From NCBI GenBank assembly GCA_051252375.1, contig JBPOFY010000012.1, positions 1-64,000 on the forward strand: a stretch of DNA of 64,000 nucleotides, given 5' to 3'. This stretch comes from Opitutaceae bacterium. Its GTDB lineage: Bacteria; Verrucomicrobiota; Verrucomicrobiia; Opitutales; Coraliomargaritaceae. Positions within the stretch are counted from its first letter, which is position 1. The number at the start of each line of letters is the position of its first letter. Both the position numbers and the translations under genes were made by a program. Positions 55,512-64,000 of this stretch are shown here, piece after piece. The notes below the pieces were generated by a model that saw only the letters and a program-made list of their open reading frames with translations, did not search any database and was not told where the DNA came from.

Positions 55512-55957
55512 TCTCACAAAGGCACTAAGACACAAAGATGGATGAGAATGAAATAGGCCGGATTCTTGTGGATGCGGCTATTTATATACATCGTAGCCTA
55601 GGACCCGGGCTGATGGAGTCTGTATATGAAGCGGTTTTGGCGCGTGAATTGACAAAACGCGGACTCGATATCGAGCGGCAGGTTCAAGTCCCTATAAAAT
55701 TTGATGGGGAATTGTATGAAGAAGGTTTTCGGGCGGACTTAATCATTAATAAAAAAGTTATTGTTGAATTGAAGTCTGTGGAAAAAGTGAATGCATCACA
55801 TAAAAAACAGACGCTCACTTATCTACGATTAACTGGGATGAAGCTTGGGTTTCTGCTCAATTTCGGTGAAGCCCTAATGAAAGACGGAATTACACGGACG
55901 ATTAATGGTCAGCTCTAACAGTTACCCCGATCTTAGTGTCTTAGTGCCTTTGTGAGA
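55512..55957 (+). mobile_element. Putative mobile cassette: GxxExxY nuclease gene between 28-bp inverted arms of octamer repeats
   Basis: Left TCTCACAAAGGCACTAAGACACAAAGAT (55512-55539); right arm 55930-55957 reverse-complements to TCTCACAAAGGCACTAAGACACTAAGAT (27/28). Mobility is inferred. Confidence 0.7.
55538..55918 (+). CDS. GxxExxY protein (PD-(D/E)XK nuclease fold)
   Basis: GPGLMESVY, RADLII..VIVELK, QTLTYL..GFLLNF. Confidence 0.93.
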   Translation: MDENEIGRILVDAAIYIHRSLGPGLMESVYEAVLARELTKRGLDIERQVQVPIKFDGELYEEGFRADLIINKKVIVELKSVEKVNASHKKQTLTYLRLTGMKLGFLLNFGEALMKDGITRTINGQL

Positions 55958-55973
55958 ACCCCTCCCGTCCTCA

Positions 55974-56162
55974 TCACCTAAACTTCTTTTGTTCGGGCAT
56001 GTAGTCGTAACCACCCGTTGCGAGGTGTGCGACGAGACCGTCTTGTTCTACGTCGTGCGTGCGGCAAAGATCTTCGAGGGAGTCGCTGTGGTTGCGTAGC
56101 TCCGTATTGACGAGTCCGACGAGTAGGTGCGGATCCATTGTAGCGTATTGACTCCAGTCCAT
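55974..56162 (-). CDS. DUF4250 family protein
   Basis: MDPHLLVGLVNTELRN..SLEDLC....GYDY..EQKKFR. Confidence 0.85.
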   Translation of the reverse strand: MDWSQYATMDPHLLVGLVNTELRNHSDSLEDLCRTHDVEQDGLVAHLATGGYDYMPEQKKFR

Positions 56163-56164
56163 AG

Positions 56165-56707
56165 CTACTGTGATAGCGTTGCTGGGACGTGGTTCAAGAC
56201 GTCTTTCCAGAGTTTGGCTTCGTTTCGGTGTCCGTGTTTTTGGAGTAGTGACTCGATGTCTTCTACCTCGGGTGCAGTGAATACTTGTTCGTGGTCTGCA
56301 GGTAGTTGCGGGCGGACTTTACAGATGATTGCCCAGACAGCCCAAGCACGTGCGCGGCGTAGGTCTTGTCGCTCGCCGCGTAGCCTTGTGGCTTGATGTT
56401 GAAAACTGATACGTGGGTTGCCGGGGAAGTCGTCGCTTTGGTGCTCGGCGATCATCCAAGCCAATGCGGCATAGGGCAGTGGCCATTTAGCTAGCACCAG
56501 ATCGTCTTCCCGGATGTCAGCATAGAGTGCTCGGGTGATGGCGAGAATCGCTCGCCCAGCATGACCTTTATGCCAAAGCGTGTGCCCGTATCGGAGAGCG
56601 GTGGTGTAAAACAAGGCAGGCTCTGCCGTGGCGTCTAACTCAGTTAGACAACGATGTGTCATCTCCAAATCCGGAGCAGGTAGGTGCGGGCATTTTGTCT
56701 TAATCAT
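56165..56707 (-). CDS. Hypothetical protein
   Basis: 180-aa ORF co-oriented with neighbours; WPLPYAA, GNPRISFQHQATR. Confidence 0.7.
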   Translation of the reverse strand: MIKTKCPHLPAPDLEMTHRCLTELDATAEPALFYTTALRYGHTLWHKGHAGRAILAITRALYADIREDDLVLAKWPLPYAALAWMIAEHQSDDFPGNPRISFQHQATRLRGERQDLRRARAWAVWAIICKVRPQLPADHEQVFTAPEVEDIESLLQKHGHRNEAKLWKDVLNHVPATLSQ

Positions 56708-56780
56708 AATCCTAATCGATTCATCTGGGTGGAGACTCGAGGGCGTATGCTCTGTTGGAAGATTAAGATTATGATTAGGA
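56698..56780. repeat. Inverted pair of hexamer arrays (TAATCN / NGATTA)
   Basis: TCTTAATCATAATCCTAATC (56698-56717) vs GATTAAGATTATGATTAGGA (56761-56780), 18/20 complementary. Confidence 0.8.
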
Positions 56781-56808
56781 GCAAGATTGAGCCGCTAGCC
56801 GCTTGCGG

Positions 56809-58134
56809 CTAAGGGAAAACGCCGCGCATTTTATAGACTTTATCGAGGTGCTCAATCGCGGAGGCGTAGGAGGCGACGCGCATACTGCATTTGAGTCGGT
56901 CGGCCATTTCGAGGACGCGTTTGGCGGAGCCTACCATGACTTTTCGTAGGCGCTCATCGACCACCTCTTCGTCCCATGTCTCCGACTGACGGTTTTGTTT
57001 CCATTCGAAGTAGCTTACAGTGACGCCACCCGCGTTGCAGAGGATTGCGGGCAAGATTGCCACGCCCTTATCGAGTAGATATTGTTCTGCGTGTGGCGTG
57101 GTCGGTGCGTTGGCCGCTTCGACTAGCACTTTACAACTGATGAGTTTGGCGTGTTCCAAATCGACCATTTGTTCCAGCGCAGCTGGGATGAAGAGATCTA
57201 CCGGTGTGCTATAGAATGTTTCGTTGGAGATGGCTTCTGCGTCGGCGTAGCCTGCAACGCCGCCTGTGACTTTCACGTGTTCGGCCAATTTCTGCGCGTC
57301 GATTCCGGTTTCGTGGAAAATAGCGCCAGTGTGGTCCATCACTGTTTTTAAGATGGAGCCTCGCTGTTGCAGTAGGCGAGCAGTCCAAGAACCGACATTT
57401 CCATAACCGATTAGGCTGTAAGAGAGTTTGCCGATCTCCATACCCATTCCCGGGAGGAGCTCGTCGAGCACATAGACAAGGCCTTGCCCTGTGGCTTTTT
57501 CACGACCAGCGGAGCCGCCAAACTCTAAAGGTTTACCAGTGACCACACCACGTGCGGTGACTTTGGTGGAAGACTCCGCGAAATTAATATAGGTGTCGGC
57601 CATCCAAGCCATGATTTGACAATTGGTGCCTACGTCGGGTGCTGGGATGTCGTAGTCGGGGCCGATATTGTTGCCTAGTGCAGCAGTCAGACGGCGGGTC
57701 ACGCGTTGTAGCTCGGCACGACTCACGGCACGCGGATCGATCTTAAGTGCGCCTTTAGCGCCGCCATAGGGCAGGCGAGCGAGGGCGCATTTCATCGTCA
57801 TCAGTAGGGCGAGTGTCTTCACCTCATCGAGTTTAACTTCGGGGTGGTAGCGGATGCCACCTTTGTAGGGACCGAGCACATTGTTGTGCTGCACGCGGTA
57901 GCCTTTAAAAAGTTGCCATGTGCCGTCGTCCATCTGCACGGGGCAGTGAAACATGATCTCATTTTTTGGCTGGCTGAGAATCAGTTTGAGGCGGTGGGGC
58001 ACCTCAAGCGCATTGGCGGCTTCGAGCACCGAACTGACGGTTTGGAAGTAGAGGTTATGGTCGTCGTAATAGTCTTCGAGTTCGTGGAAGATATCGCGGG
58101 CGGACTGACATGCGGGGGTATTGCAGGATTCCAT
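56809..58134 (-). CDS. gdhA: Glutamate dehydrogenase (Glu/Leu/Phe/Val family)
   Basis: GPYKGGIRY, GGAKG, DIPAPDVGT, VTGKP, GYGNVG, EAANAP, NAGGVTVSYFEW. Confidence 0.92.
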   Translation of the reverse strand: MESCNTPACQSARDIFHELEDYYDDHNLYFQTVSSVLEAANALEVPHRLKLILSQPKNEIMFHCPVQMDDGTWQLFKGYRVQHNNVLGPYKGGIRYHPEVKLDEVKTLALLMTMKCALARLPYGGAKGALKIDPRAVSRAELQRVTRRLTAALGNNIGPDYDIPAPDVGTNCQIMAWMADTYINFAESSTKVTARGVVTGKPLEFGGSAGREKATGQGLVYVLDELLPGMGMEIGKLSYSLIGYGNVGSWTARLLQQRGSILKTVMDHTGAIFHETGIDAQKLAEHVKVTGGVAGYADAEAISNETFYSTPVDLFIPAALEQMVDLEHAKLISCKVLVEAANAPTTPHAEQYLLDKGVAILPAILCNAGGVTVSYFEWKQNRQSETWDEEVVDERLRKVMVGSAKRVLEMADRLKCSMRVASYASAIEHLDKVYKMRGVFP

Positions 58135-58209
58135 ACCAGTAGGCTGTCACTGTTTAAGTTAAAGACAAGCCAGTGTCGTTTAAAAGATGCAGGTTAAGCG
58201 TGCTGCGGA

Positions 58210-58653
58210 TTATAAATCCGGGCCAATTAACTTTTCGATATCACGGCGATCCTTTTTGGTGGGGCGTCCGGTGCCCTTGTGGCTGAAAAGCTTGGCGTTG
58301 GCTTGCTTCTCACGGGCAGCCTCGAATTCGGACTCTGGAGTGCGGTCTTCGAAGTATTGGGGTAGCGCCGCTGCGCCGACTCGTTTCTCAGTCAGACCGA
58401 CGACATGGAGTGTCTTGGTGATGGCTTTGGTGCGTGCGATCACAGTGTCTCCGATGTGGACTTTGCCAGATGGCTTGGCGATGACGTTATTGATGCGCAC
58501 TGCTGAACCACGGCAAGCTTCAGCGGCATCAGTGCGCGTCTTATATACGCGCACCGCCCAAAGCCATTTGTCTAAACGAACGGAAGGAACGCTGGGAACG
58601 TCGAACGTCGAACGTCCAACGTTCAATTTTGAATGCGATTGCTCTGGGTTCAT
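58210..58653 (-). CDS. hslR: Ribosome-associated heat shock protein Hsp15 (S4 domain)
   Basis: RLDKWLWAVRVYKTR...GRPTKKDRR. Confidence 0.93.
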   Translation of the reverse strand: MNPEQSHSKLNVGRSTFDVPSVPSVRLDKWLWAVRVYKTRTDAAEACRGSAVRINNVIAKPSGKVHIGDTVIARTKAITKTLHVVGLTEKRVGAAALPQYFEDRTPESEFEAAREKQANAKLFSHKGTGRPTKKDRRDIEKLIGPDL

Positions 58654-58726
58654 TTAGTGGGAAGTGGAGAGTGTCCTTTCTGGAATTCAACATTGGGCGT
58701 TCGAAGTTGGACGTTCGAAGTTCCCA
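58593..58726. repeat. Inverted heptamer-array element (42-nt arms, 50-nt spacer) overlapping the hslR 5' end
   Basis: 58593-58634 vs reverse complement of 58685-58726, 35/42 identical. Confidence 0.88.
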
Positions 58727-58733
58727 TGACTCC

Positions 58734-59891
58734 TTAGCGCTGTTTCAGCGCGCTAGTCATTTTCTCGAGGCCTTCGATGAGGCGGCTTTGTGGGCAACCG
58801 AAATTGAGGCGCACGTGTTGATGTCCGTCGAAAGGAACACCATCGGAGAGACCGACACCGTGGTCTTCGAAAAACTTGACTGGGTTGTCGAGCCCGAGCT
58901 TCGCGACGTCAAACCATGCCAGATAGGTTGATTGCATCGGGCGGAAAGTAATCTCGGGTATCTGCTCGTTGATGAACTTATAGAGCAGCTCGTAGTTGCC
59001 GCGTAGATACTTAATGAGCTCTAGGCGCCATGGTTCACCGTGGTTATAAGCCGCTTCGCATCCCGCGTAGCCGAAGCAGTTCACTTCGGTGATGATTCCG
59101 CGGATTGTTTTTTGAAATTGCAGGCGTAGCTCCTGATTCTCGATTACGGAAAAAGCACATGCGAGGCCAGGCAAGTTGTAGGTCTTACTAGGAGCCATCA
59201 GTGTGACTGTGCGGGCGGCGATGGTATCGTTGAGGGTCGATGTGACGATGTGCTTGGTCTGCTCATCGAATACGAGATCGCAGTGGATTTCGTCGGAGAT
59301 CAGAATGAGGTCGTGGCGCTCGCAGAAGTCCGCGATGCCTGTGAGCTCTTCGCGTGAGAAGACCCGACCGACTGGATTGTGCGGGCTGCAAAGCACGAAA
59401 ATCTTGGTCTTCGGTGTGACGGCAGCTTCCATTGCGTCGATGTCGAGCGTCCATTGGTCGGCAGCATTGAGGCAGAGGGGCACTTTGATCAGTTCACGAC
59501 CAGCATAGTCGGGAGCAGAGAGGAATGGAGGGTAAACCGGCGTCGCCGTCATTACCGAGTCGCCGGGTTCGGTGAAGGCGTGGCAACAGAGGTTGATCGC
59601 CGGCACGAGACCAGGCAGGAAATTGAGCCAATGTGCTTTGGCGCTATAGCCATGTGCCCGATCTAGGTAGTTCACGACCGCTTCGGTGGGTGCATCGAAA
59701 GGGATGGTGTAGCCGAAAATACCATGGTCGAGGCGTTGCTGGAGGCCTGCCATGATCTCGGGAGCGGTCTCGAAGTCCATATCCGCGACCCAGAGTGGTA
59801 GGATGTCGCGACCTTTGTATTTGTCCCATTTGAGGCTGCCATAGCCAGTGCGGTCCGGGCAGGTGTCGAAATTGTAGCTGTGTGCTGTCAT
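58734..59891 (-). CDS. PatB/MalY family PLP-dependent C-S lyase
   Basis: PLWVADMDF, LCSPHNPVGR, SDEIHCD, APSKTYN, RLNFGCP. Confidence 0.93.
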   Translation of the reverse strand: MTAHSYNFDTCPDRTGYGSLKWDKYKGRDILPLWVADMDFETAPEIMAGLQQRLDHGIFGYTIPFDAPTEAVVNYLDRAHGYSAKAHWLNFLPGLVPAINLCCHAFTEPGDSVMTATPVYPPFLSAPDYAGRELIKVPLCLNAADQWTLDIDAMEAAVTPKTKIFVLCSPHNPVGRVFSREELTGIADFCERHDLILISDEIHCDLVFDEQTKHIVTSTLNDTIAARTVTLMAPSKTYNLPGLACAFSVIENQELRLQFQKTIRGIITEVNCFGYAGCEAAYNHGEPWRLELIKYLRGNYELLYKFINEQIPEITFRPMQSTYLAWFDVAKLGLDNPVKFFEDHGVGLSDGVPFDGHQHVRLNFGCPQSRLIEGLEKMTSALKQR

Positions 59892-60012
59892 GTGGGGAAG
59901 ACGATCAACTCGACAGCGCTTTCCTGCAAATCATTTTGCGGGATTGTTATTCACAGAGAAGTCTGAGGCTTTTCGATTGCCAAAGTCTATTGCGATCTAC
60001 GAGGTCATAGGC

Positions 60013-60732
60013 ATGAAACCTAAAACCAAATTAGCTGAAGCGCCTATCGTGGGTGGTGCTGTCATGGCTCTGTATGAGCATGATGGTAGTTTTTCGATGA
60101 GTGTGAACGGGCAAGAGCTGATGCACTCGGAGGCTTGTGCTTCGGAGCGGCTGATGGGGAGTCTCGGGATCGAGCGTGTGCCGCTAGAGGAAATTCCACG
60201 TATCTTGATCGGCGGGCTGGGGCTTGGGTTCACTTTGCGCAGTGTGATCGATGCAGTCGGTCCGGATGCATTGATCGATGTGGCTGAGCTCGTGCCGGAA
60301 GTAATTGAATGGAATAAGACTTTTTTGAAGGACCTGAATGGCGAGCTGATAGAGAACGCTGGGGTCGATGTGTTTGTCGACGATGTGGTCGAGGTGATCA
60401 AAAAAGCCAAGGCGCTCTATGACACGATTATCGTGGATGTGGATAATGGTCCTTTTGCGATGGTGGCTGATTCGAATGTTTCGCTATATTCCAATACGGG
60501 TTTGAAACGTATCTGGGGCGCGTTGAAGCCGGAAGGTCGCGCTGTTTTTTGGTCGGCGAAGCAGGATGTTTCATTTGAACAGCGGCTGAAGCGGGTCGGC
60601 TTTAAGGTGCAGGCTGTGCCGGCTAAAGTGCATGCGCGTGCGAAGCGGGCGGCTTACATGCTCTATGTCGCAGATCGCCGCACAGGCACGGCTGGTGCCG
60701 AAGAGGAGCCTGTGGAGTATGTCGTGACTTAG
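60013..60732 (+). CDS. Spermidine-synthase-like SAM methyltransferase
   Basis: ELMHS, LIGGLGLGFT, AELVPEV..WN, DVDNGP, WSA; start ATG 60013. Confidence 0.82.
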   Translation: MKPKTKLAEAPIVGGAVMALYEHDGSFSMSVNGQELMHSEACASERLMGSLGIERVPLEEIPRILIGGLGLGFTLRSVIDAVGPDALIDVAELVPEVIEWNKTFLKDLNGELIENAGVDVFVDDVVEVIKKAKALYDTIIVDVDNGPFAMVADSNVSLYSNTGLKRIWGALKPEGRAVFWSAKQDVSFEQRLKRVGFKVQAVPAKVHARAKRAAYMLYVADRRTGTAGAEEEPVEYVVT

Positions 60733-60735
60733 CGT

Positions 60736-60906
60736 GAATGGCGCTAACTTAAGCAACTTTATCGAGATGAGATCTGTAACTTTATTTGGAGGGCAATGCT
60801 CCGCTCATTGCCGCAGAAACGCCTAAACGCTTCAAACTATCGGCGGTTGCGACGGAGCGCAACCCTCCAGCTTTTCACCAAACATCTTCTTAAGTTAGCG
60901 CCATTC
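60736..60906. mobile_element. 171-bp MITE with perfect 18-bp TIRs and 10-bp target-site duplication (IS4-like ends)
   Basis: TIR GAATGGCGCTAACTTAAG (60736-60753 / 60889-60906); direct repeat GACTTAGCGT at 60726-60735 and 60907-60916. Confidence 0.92.
60787..60869. repeat. GGAG-family REP doublet nested in the MITE
   Basis: TGGAG-GGCAATG-CTCCGCT-CATTGCC and, on the opposite strand, TGGAG-GGTTGCG-CTCCGT-CGCAACC. Confidence 0.85.
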
Positions 60907-60926
60907 GACTTAGCGTAATACTTAAC

Positions 60927-62324
60927 CTAAAATCCGATGATGTAGATCGAGCCTTGAGAGACTTGCTCGGCTAGTTCGGCTGAGATCCAACGCTCCTGAT
61001 AAGATGGTCCCCACGAGTCGCTGACTGCGATTTCGTTGGTGTCTTTGTTGTAGCCAATAATCATGCAGGCGTGCGCGGTATTGTAGTCTTTTTGTAATTC
61101 AATGCCGCGGGTTTCGGATTTGATTTGATCGGTCCATTGCTCCCAGTCGGTCACATCGCGGCGGTCCTTGGTGCGTTGATTGGCGAGGTCGTTGTATTCT
61201 TTTGTTGAGAATAGTGTCCAGATAATGGGGAGGCCCTTATCGATATGCTTTTGAATATTTCGAACTTTAATTTCTTGGCGTTCCTGTTTCATCGACCGGC
61301 TTTGAGAGGCGATGTAGCCATCGATCGAACTGATGATGGCGCTGAGGCTGGTGCCGCCGCCGACGCTGGTTTGCCCTGCCATCGCGAGGATATACATGTC
61401 TGCGGGGATCTGCATATAGCGGAGGTAGCGTTCGAAGGTGGCGGGGACGCAGTAGCCTTTAGGACCTTGATTGACCATCGGAATATTGCCGACCAAGACG
61501 TCACCGTTGGGACGGGTGATGATGTTCTCGGTGGTGAGCCCGCGCAGTGCGGCGTCGGATAGTTTTGCGGCGCGGCCTTTGTTGTCGGCTGCTTCGGCGG
61601 TCATGATCTTAAGGCTGACGTATTCGCCGTCCTGCGAGGCGAGGAGGAAGGCGTGTCCTTTCCAGTCCCAGCGTTCGATCAATTGTTTGATGCCACGACC
61701 TGCGCCGAATTGTTGGCGGTCGGGCGAGCCGAGTGTTTTACTGAGGAGCGATTCGATGCGTTTGGCGTCGTCATCGATGGCGGACTCCATGGCTCGGATT
61801 TCACTTTCGGTGGGTGTCTCGCTGAATTTGAAGTCACCTTTGTTGGCAAAGACGATACTTAGATGTTGGGCGCGGTCATTCTCGCCGTAGAGCACAGCAG
61901 AGTAGGGGCGGCTGGAAAGTATGCGGTAATCCGGCTTGGGGTATGTGCGGTAGCTGGATTGGCTGTCGGTTTTCGATTCTAGGCGCCAGCCGAGTCTTTC
62001 AGCGACTGCATTAGCAGTGTCGTCCCAGAGTTGACTGTCGTTGAAAAGTGGGATGCCTAGCAGCTCGTTGATGGCACGGTATTGATCACGTTCGGCGTCT
62101 TCCTGTTGAGCGATGGTTGCTTGGCTCTCAGTTGAGAGGAGCGCGCGGTCATACCAGATAGCTTGTCCGTTTGCTAAACGGATTTTAATTTGAGCCGATT
62201 GAATTTCCAGTAGTTCGACTTCGATGACGCGGCCGTCTTTATTGGATAAGGAAATACCAAACCCCGTTGCTTGGATGAGGGCGCATAGAGCGCATGTGAG
62301 CGTCAGTTTTTTGAACCACTGCAT
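60927..62324 (-). CDS. Secreted protein with C-terminal C39-like (papain-fold) peptidase domain
   Basis: NQGPKGYCVPAT (Cys), HACMIIGYN (His), SDSWG; N-terminal SHD1-like NKDGRVIEVEL. Confidence 0.8.
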   Translation of the reverse strand: MQWFKKLTLTCALCALIQATGFGISLSNKDGRVIEVELLEIQSAQIKIRLANGQAIWYDRALLSTESQATIAQQEDAERDQYRAINELLGIPLFNDSQLWDDTANAVAERLGWRLESKTDSQSSYRTYPKPDYRILSSRPYSAVLYGENDRAQHLSIVFANKGDFKFSETPTESEIRAMESAIDDDAKRIESLLSKTLGSPDRQQFGAGRGIKQLIERWDWKGHAFLLASQDGEYVSLKIMTAEAADNKGRAAKLSDAALRGLTTENIITRPNGDVLVGNIPMVNQGPKGYCVPATFERYLRYMQIPADMYILAMAGQTSVGGGTSLSAIISSIDGYIASQSRSMKQERQEIKVRNIQKHIDKGLPIIWTLFSTKEYNDLANQRTKDRRDVTDWEQWTDQIKSETRGIELQKDYNTAHACMIIGYNKDTNEIAVSDSWGPSYQERWISAELAEQVSQGSIYIIGF

Positions 62325-62342
62325 CTTGCTGGAGTTTTTAAC

Positions 62343-63323
62343 TTAAGCAGCCAGTTCTTTTAGTGGCACGAGTTTTTGTTTATCGCCGTCCCATACTTTC
62401 AAATGGAGGCAACGGAGCACTTCAATCGGGTTGAGTGTCGTCGTCTTGGCATCCTGTAGTTCCGGCATTTTGGAGTAAACTTCCGGCAGGCGGTAAAAGG
62501 GGATCTTTGAATTCAGGTGATGGATATGGTGATAGCCGATGTTGCCAGTGAAGTAGTGCATGATCGGGCTCATCTTGCAAAAGCTGGAAGATTCGAGTGC
62601 AGCACCTTCGTAGGTCCAGCCGTTGTTTTCTTTGAAGACGACTGTTGGGAAATTATGCTGCGCATAGAAGAGGTAGGAGCCCATAGCGCAGGCGATAAAG
62701 TAGGGGATGAAGATGGCGAAGAGCGCCGTGGCCCATCCAAAGGTAGTCACCACAAATGCGTAGAGCGCGATATGCAGGATCAATGAGAGGGCGGAGTCTT
62801 TGTGATCTTTGGTGTCGGTAAGCGCGGGCACGATGCACATGCCAACCAGAAAAATGGAAAAGTAGCCGAAGAGTATAGTGAGCGGGTGGCGCATCGCGAG
62901 GTATTGGATGCGTTCTTTGCGAGAGGCGCGTAGATAGCGCTCTTTGGTCATCACCGGGTAGGAGCCGATGTGGGCGCTGCGCAGTTTAGAATTGTGGTTG
63001 TGGTGGTGGTTGTGCGAGTGCGTCCAGATGCTGGTAGGTGTGATCGCGATGATGCCCCAAGCCTGCATAAACACTTTTGCAGCTTTGGATTTCGTCAAAA
63101 TCGCATTGTGCTGATGATCGTGGTAGATGACGAACAAGCGCACCATGAGTAGCCCGAGTAGAATCGAGCAGGCGAATTGAGCGATCCAGTGGATATTGTA
63201 AAGCGTGCCACCTGCGACGAGCAGGATGAGTAGTGTGGTTGAGAGAACGGCCCACCAGCTTTTCGCTGTGTTGTCCTTCGCATATTCTTTAGTGGCTAAA
63301 ATTAGTTCTTTACCGGTTCTCAT
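62343..63323 (-). CDS. Membrane fatty acid desaturase
   Basis: Three His boxes HDHQH, HNHHH, HHIHH; IPFYRL. Confidence 0.93.
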   Translation of the reverse strand: MRTGKELILATKEYAKDNTAKSWWAVLSTTLLILLVAGGTLYNIHWIAQFACSILLGLLMVRLFVIYHDHQHNAILTKSKAAKVFMQAWGIIAITPTSIWTHSHNHHHNHNSKLRSAHIGSYPVMTKERYLRASRKERIQYLAMRHPLTILFGYFSIFLVGMCIVPALTDTKDHKDSALSLILHIALYAFVVTTFGWATALFAIFIPYFIACAMGSYLFYAQHNFPTVVFKENNGWTYEGAALESSSFCKMSPIMHYFTGNIGYHHIHHLNSKIPFYRLPEVYSKMPELQDAKTTTLNPIEVLRCLHLKVWDGDKQKLVPLKELAA

Positions 63324-63402
63324 GTGATTTCAATTGGAGTTCGGGACTTAAATTCGTTCAAAATGGATTCTCTATAGTTATATGCACGTGGCGAGGCCTA
63401 TG

Positions 63403-63416
63403 TCACACACGTGTGA
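63403..63416. promoter_or_regulatory. Candidate operator upstream of the desaturase
   Basis: Palindrome TCACAC-AC-GTGTGA about 80 bp upstream of the desaturase start. Confidence 0.3.
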
Positions 63417-63533
63417 ACTGACTCGATATGCCTATTAAAGCAATGCCCGATTGTTGGTTAGGGGCATGTAGCAGGAAAGTAGCAGGTATGAAAGAGCTTG
63501 CGCACAGCGCGTCTAATCGACGAGGTCTATTGG

Positions 63534-64000
63534 ATGCATCCCGAAGAAGCACCCGAAGAAAAAACATTGTTGGAATGGGCGGTGCGCCTGTGTCCCGATT
63601 CCCCGCGCAAGCGGATCAAAGAGTGGTTCGTGGCTGGGCGCTTTTGCCTAGATGGTGCCGTTGTGACAAAAGCGGGCCTCCGTATGGCCGATCCCGGCGA
63701 TCGTTTCACGATGGGTGCGCCTGATAAAGCACCGAGTAATTGGGGGCATCGTAAGCGCATTCATCCAAAAGTAGTGTTGGTGCATTTAGATGCATCACTC
63801 GCAATTATCGACAAAGAAGCTGGCCTTTTATCTGTTCCGAGTGATGGGCAAGATGGTATTTCTGCGATAGAAGTGTTGGCGAATTATTTGAACGACCCGC
63901 GTGGTGAGGCGACTCGTCGCAGCTTTTTTGGTAAGGCTGACAAGGTGAAACCGCTGCCAGTCCACCGTCTCGACCAATATACCAGCGGTCTACTGTGTAT
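63534..64000 (+). CDS. RluA/RluD family pseudouridine synthase, 5' part; runs off window end
   Basis: Manual translation from ATG 63534: MHPEEAPEEKTLLEW...IIDKEAGLLSVP...PVHRLDQYTSGLLC. Confidence 0.92.
   Translation, partial: MHPEEAPEEKTLLEWAVRLCPDSPRKRIKEWFVAGRFCLDGAVVTKAGLRMADPGDRFTMGAPDKAPSNWGHRKRIHPKVVLVHLDASLAIIDKEAGLLSVPSDGQDGISAIEVLANYLNDPRGEATRRSFFGKADKVKPLPVHRLDQYTSGLLC

Overview
Gene-dense bacterial chromosome segment, most consistent with a Verrucomicrobiota (Opitutae/Coraliomargarita-Lentimonas-like) genome. The lineage is inferred from the PVC-type DUF1549/DUF1501 and DUF1592/DUF1552 clusters, a tandem-fused UvrA, and rpsP-trmD-rplS without rimM. Housekeeping genes: purL (5' part), rpsP, trmD, rplS, uvrA, recD2, panB, gpsA, a Glu dehydrogenase, hslR, a PatB/MalY lyase, a desaturase and a partial RluA-family gene. 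Accessory modules: a large repetitive surface protein, two planctomycete-type cytochrome c clusters, an IclR/SSS/DHDPS-family catabolic unit whose aldolase ends in a candidate microcompartment encapsulation peptide, and a Wza/Wzc/beta-barrel/O-antigen-ligase export module. The most striking signal is a set of small repeat elements. (1) A GxxExxY PD-(D/E)XK nuclease gene is enclosed by 28-bp inverted arms made of 8-mer tandem units. (2) Empty versions of the same architecture (inverted arms of 6- or 7-mer units) occur between genes, two of them holding or enclosing the start codon of the neighbouring gene. (3) GTAG/GGAG-type REP doublets are present. (4) A 171-bp MITE with 18-bp TIRs and a 10-bp target duplication carries a REP doublet. 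(5) About eight repeat-derived segments are translated in frame inside uvrA. No rRNA, tRNA or CRISPR array was recognised. Family assignments come from motif recognition by eye, not database searches.
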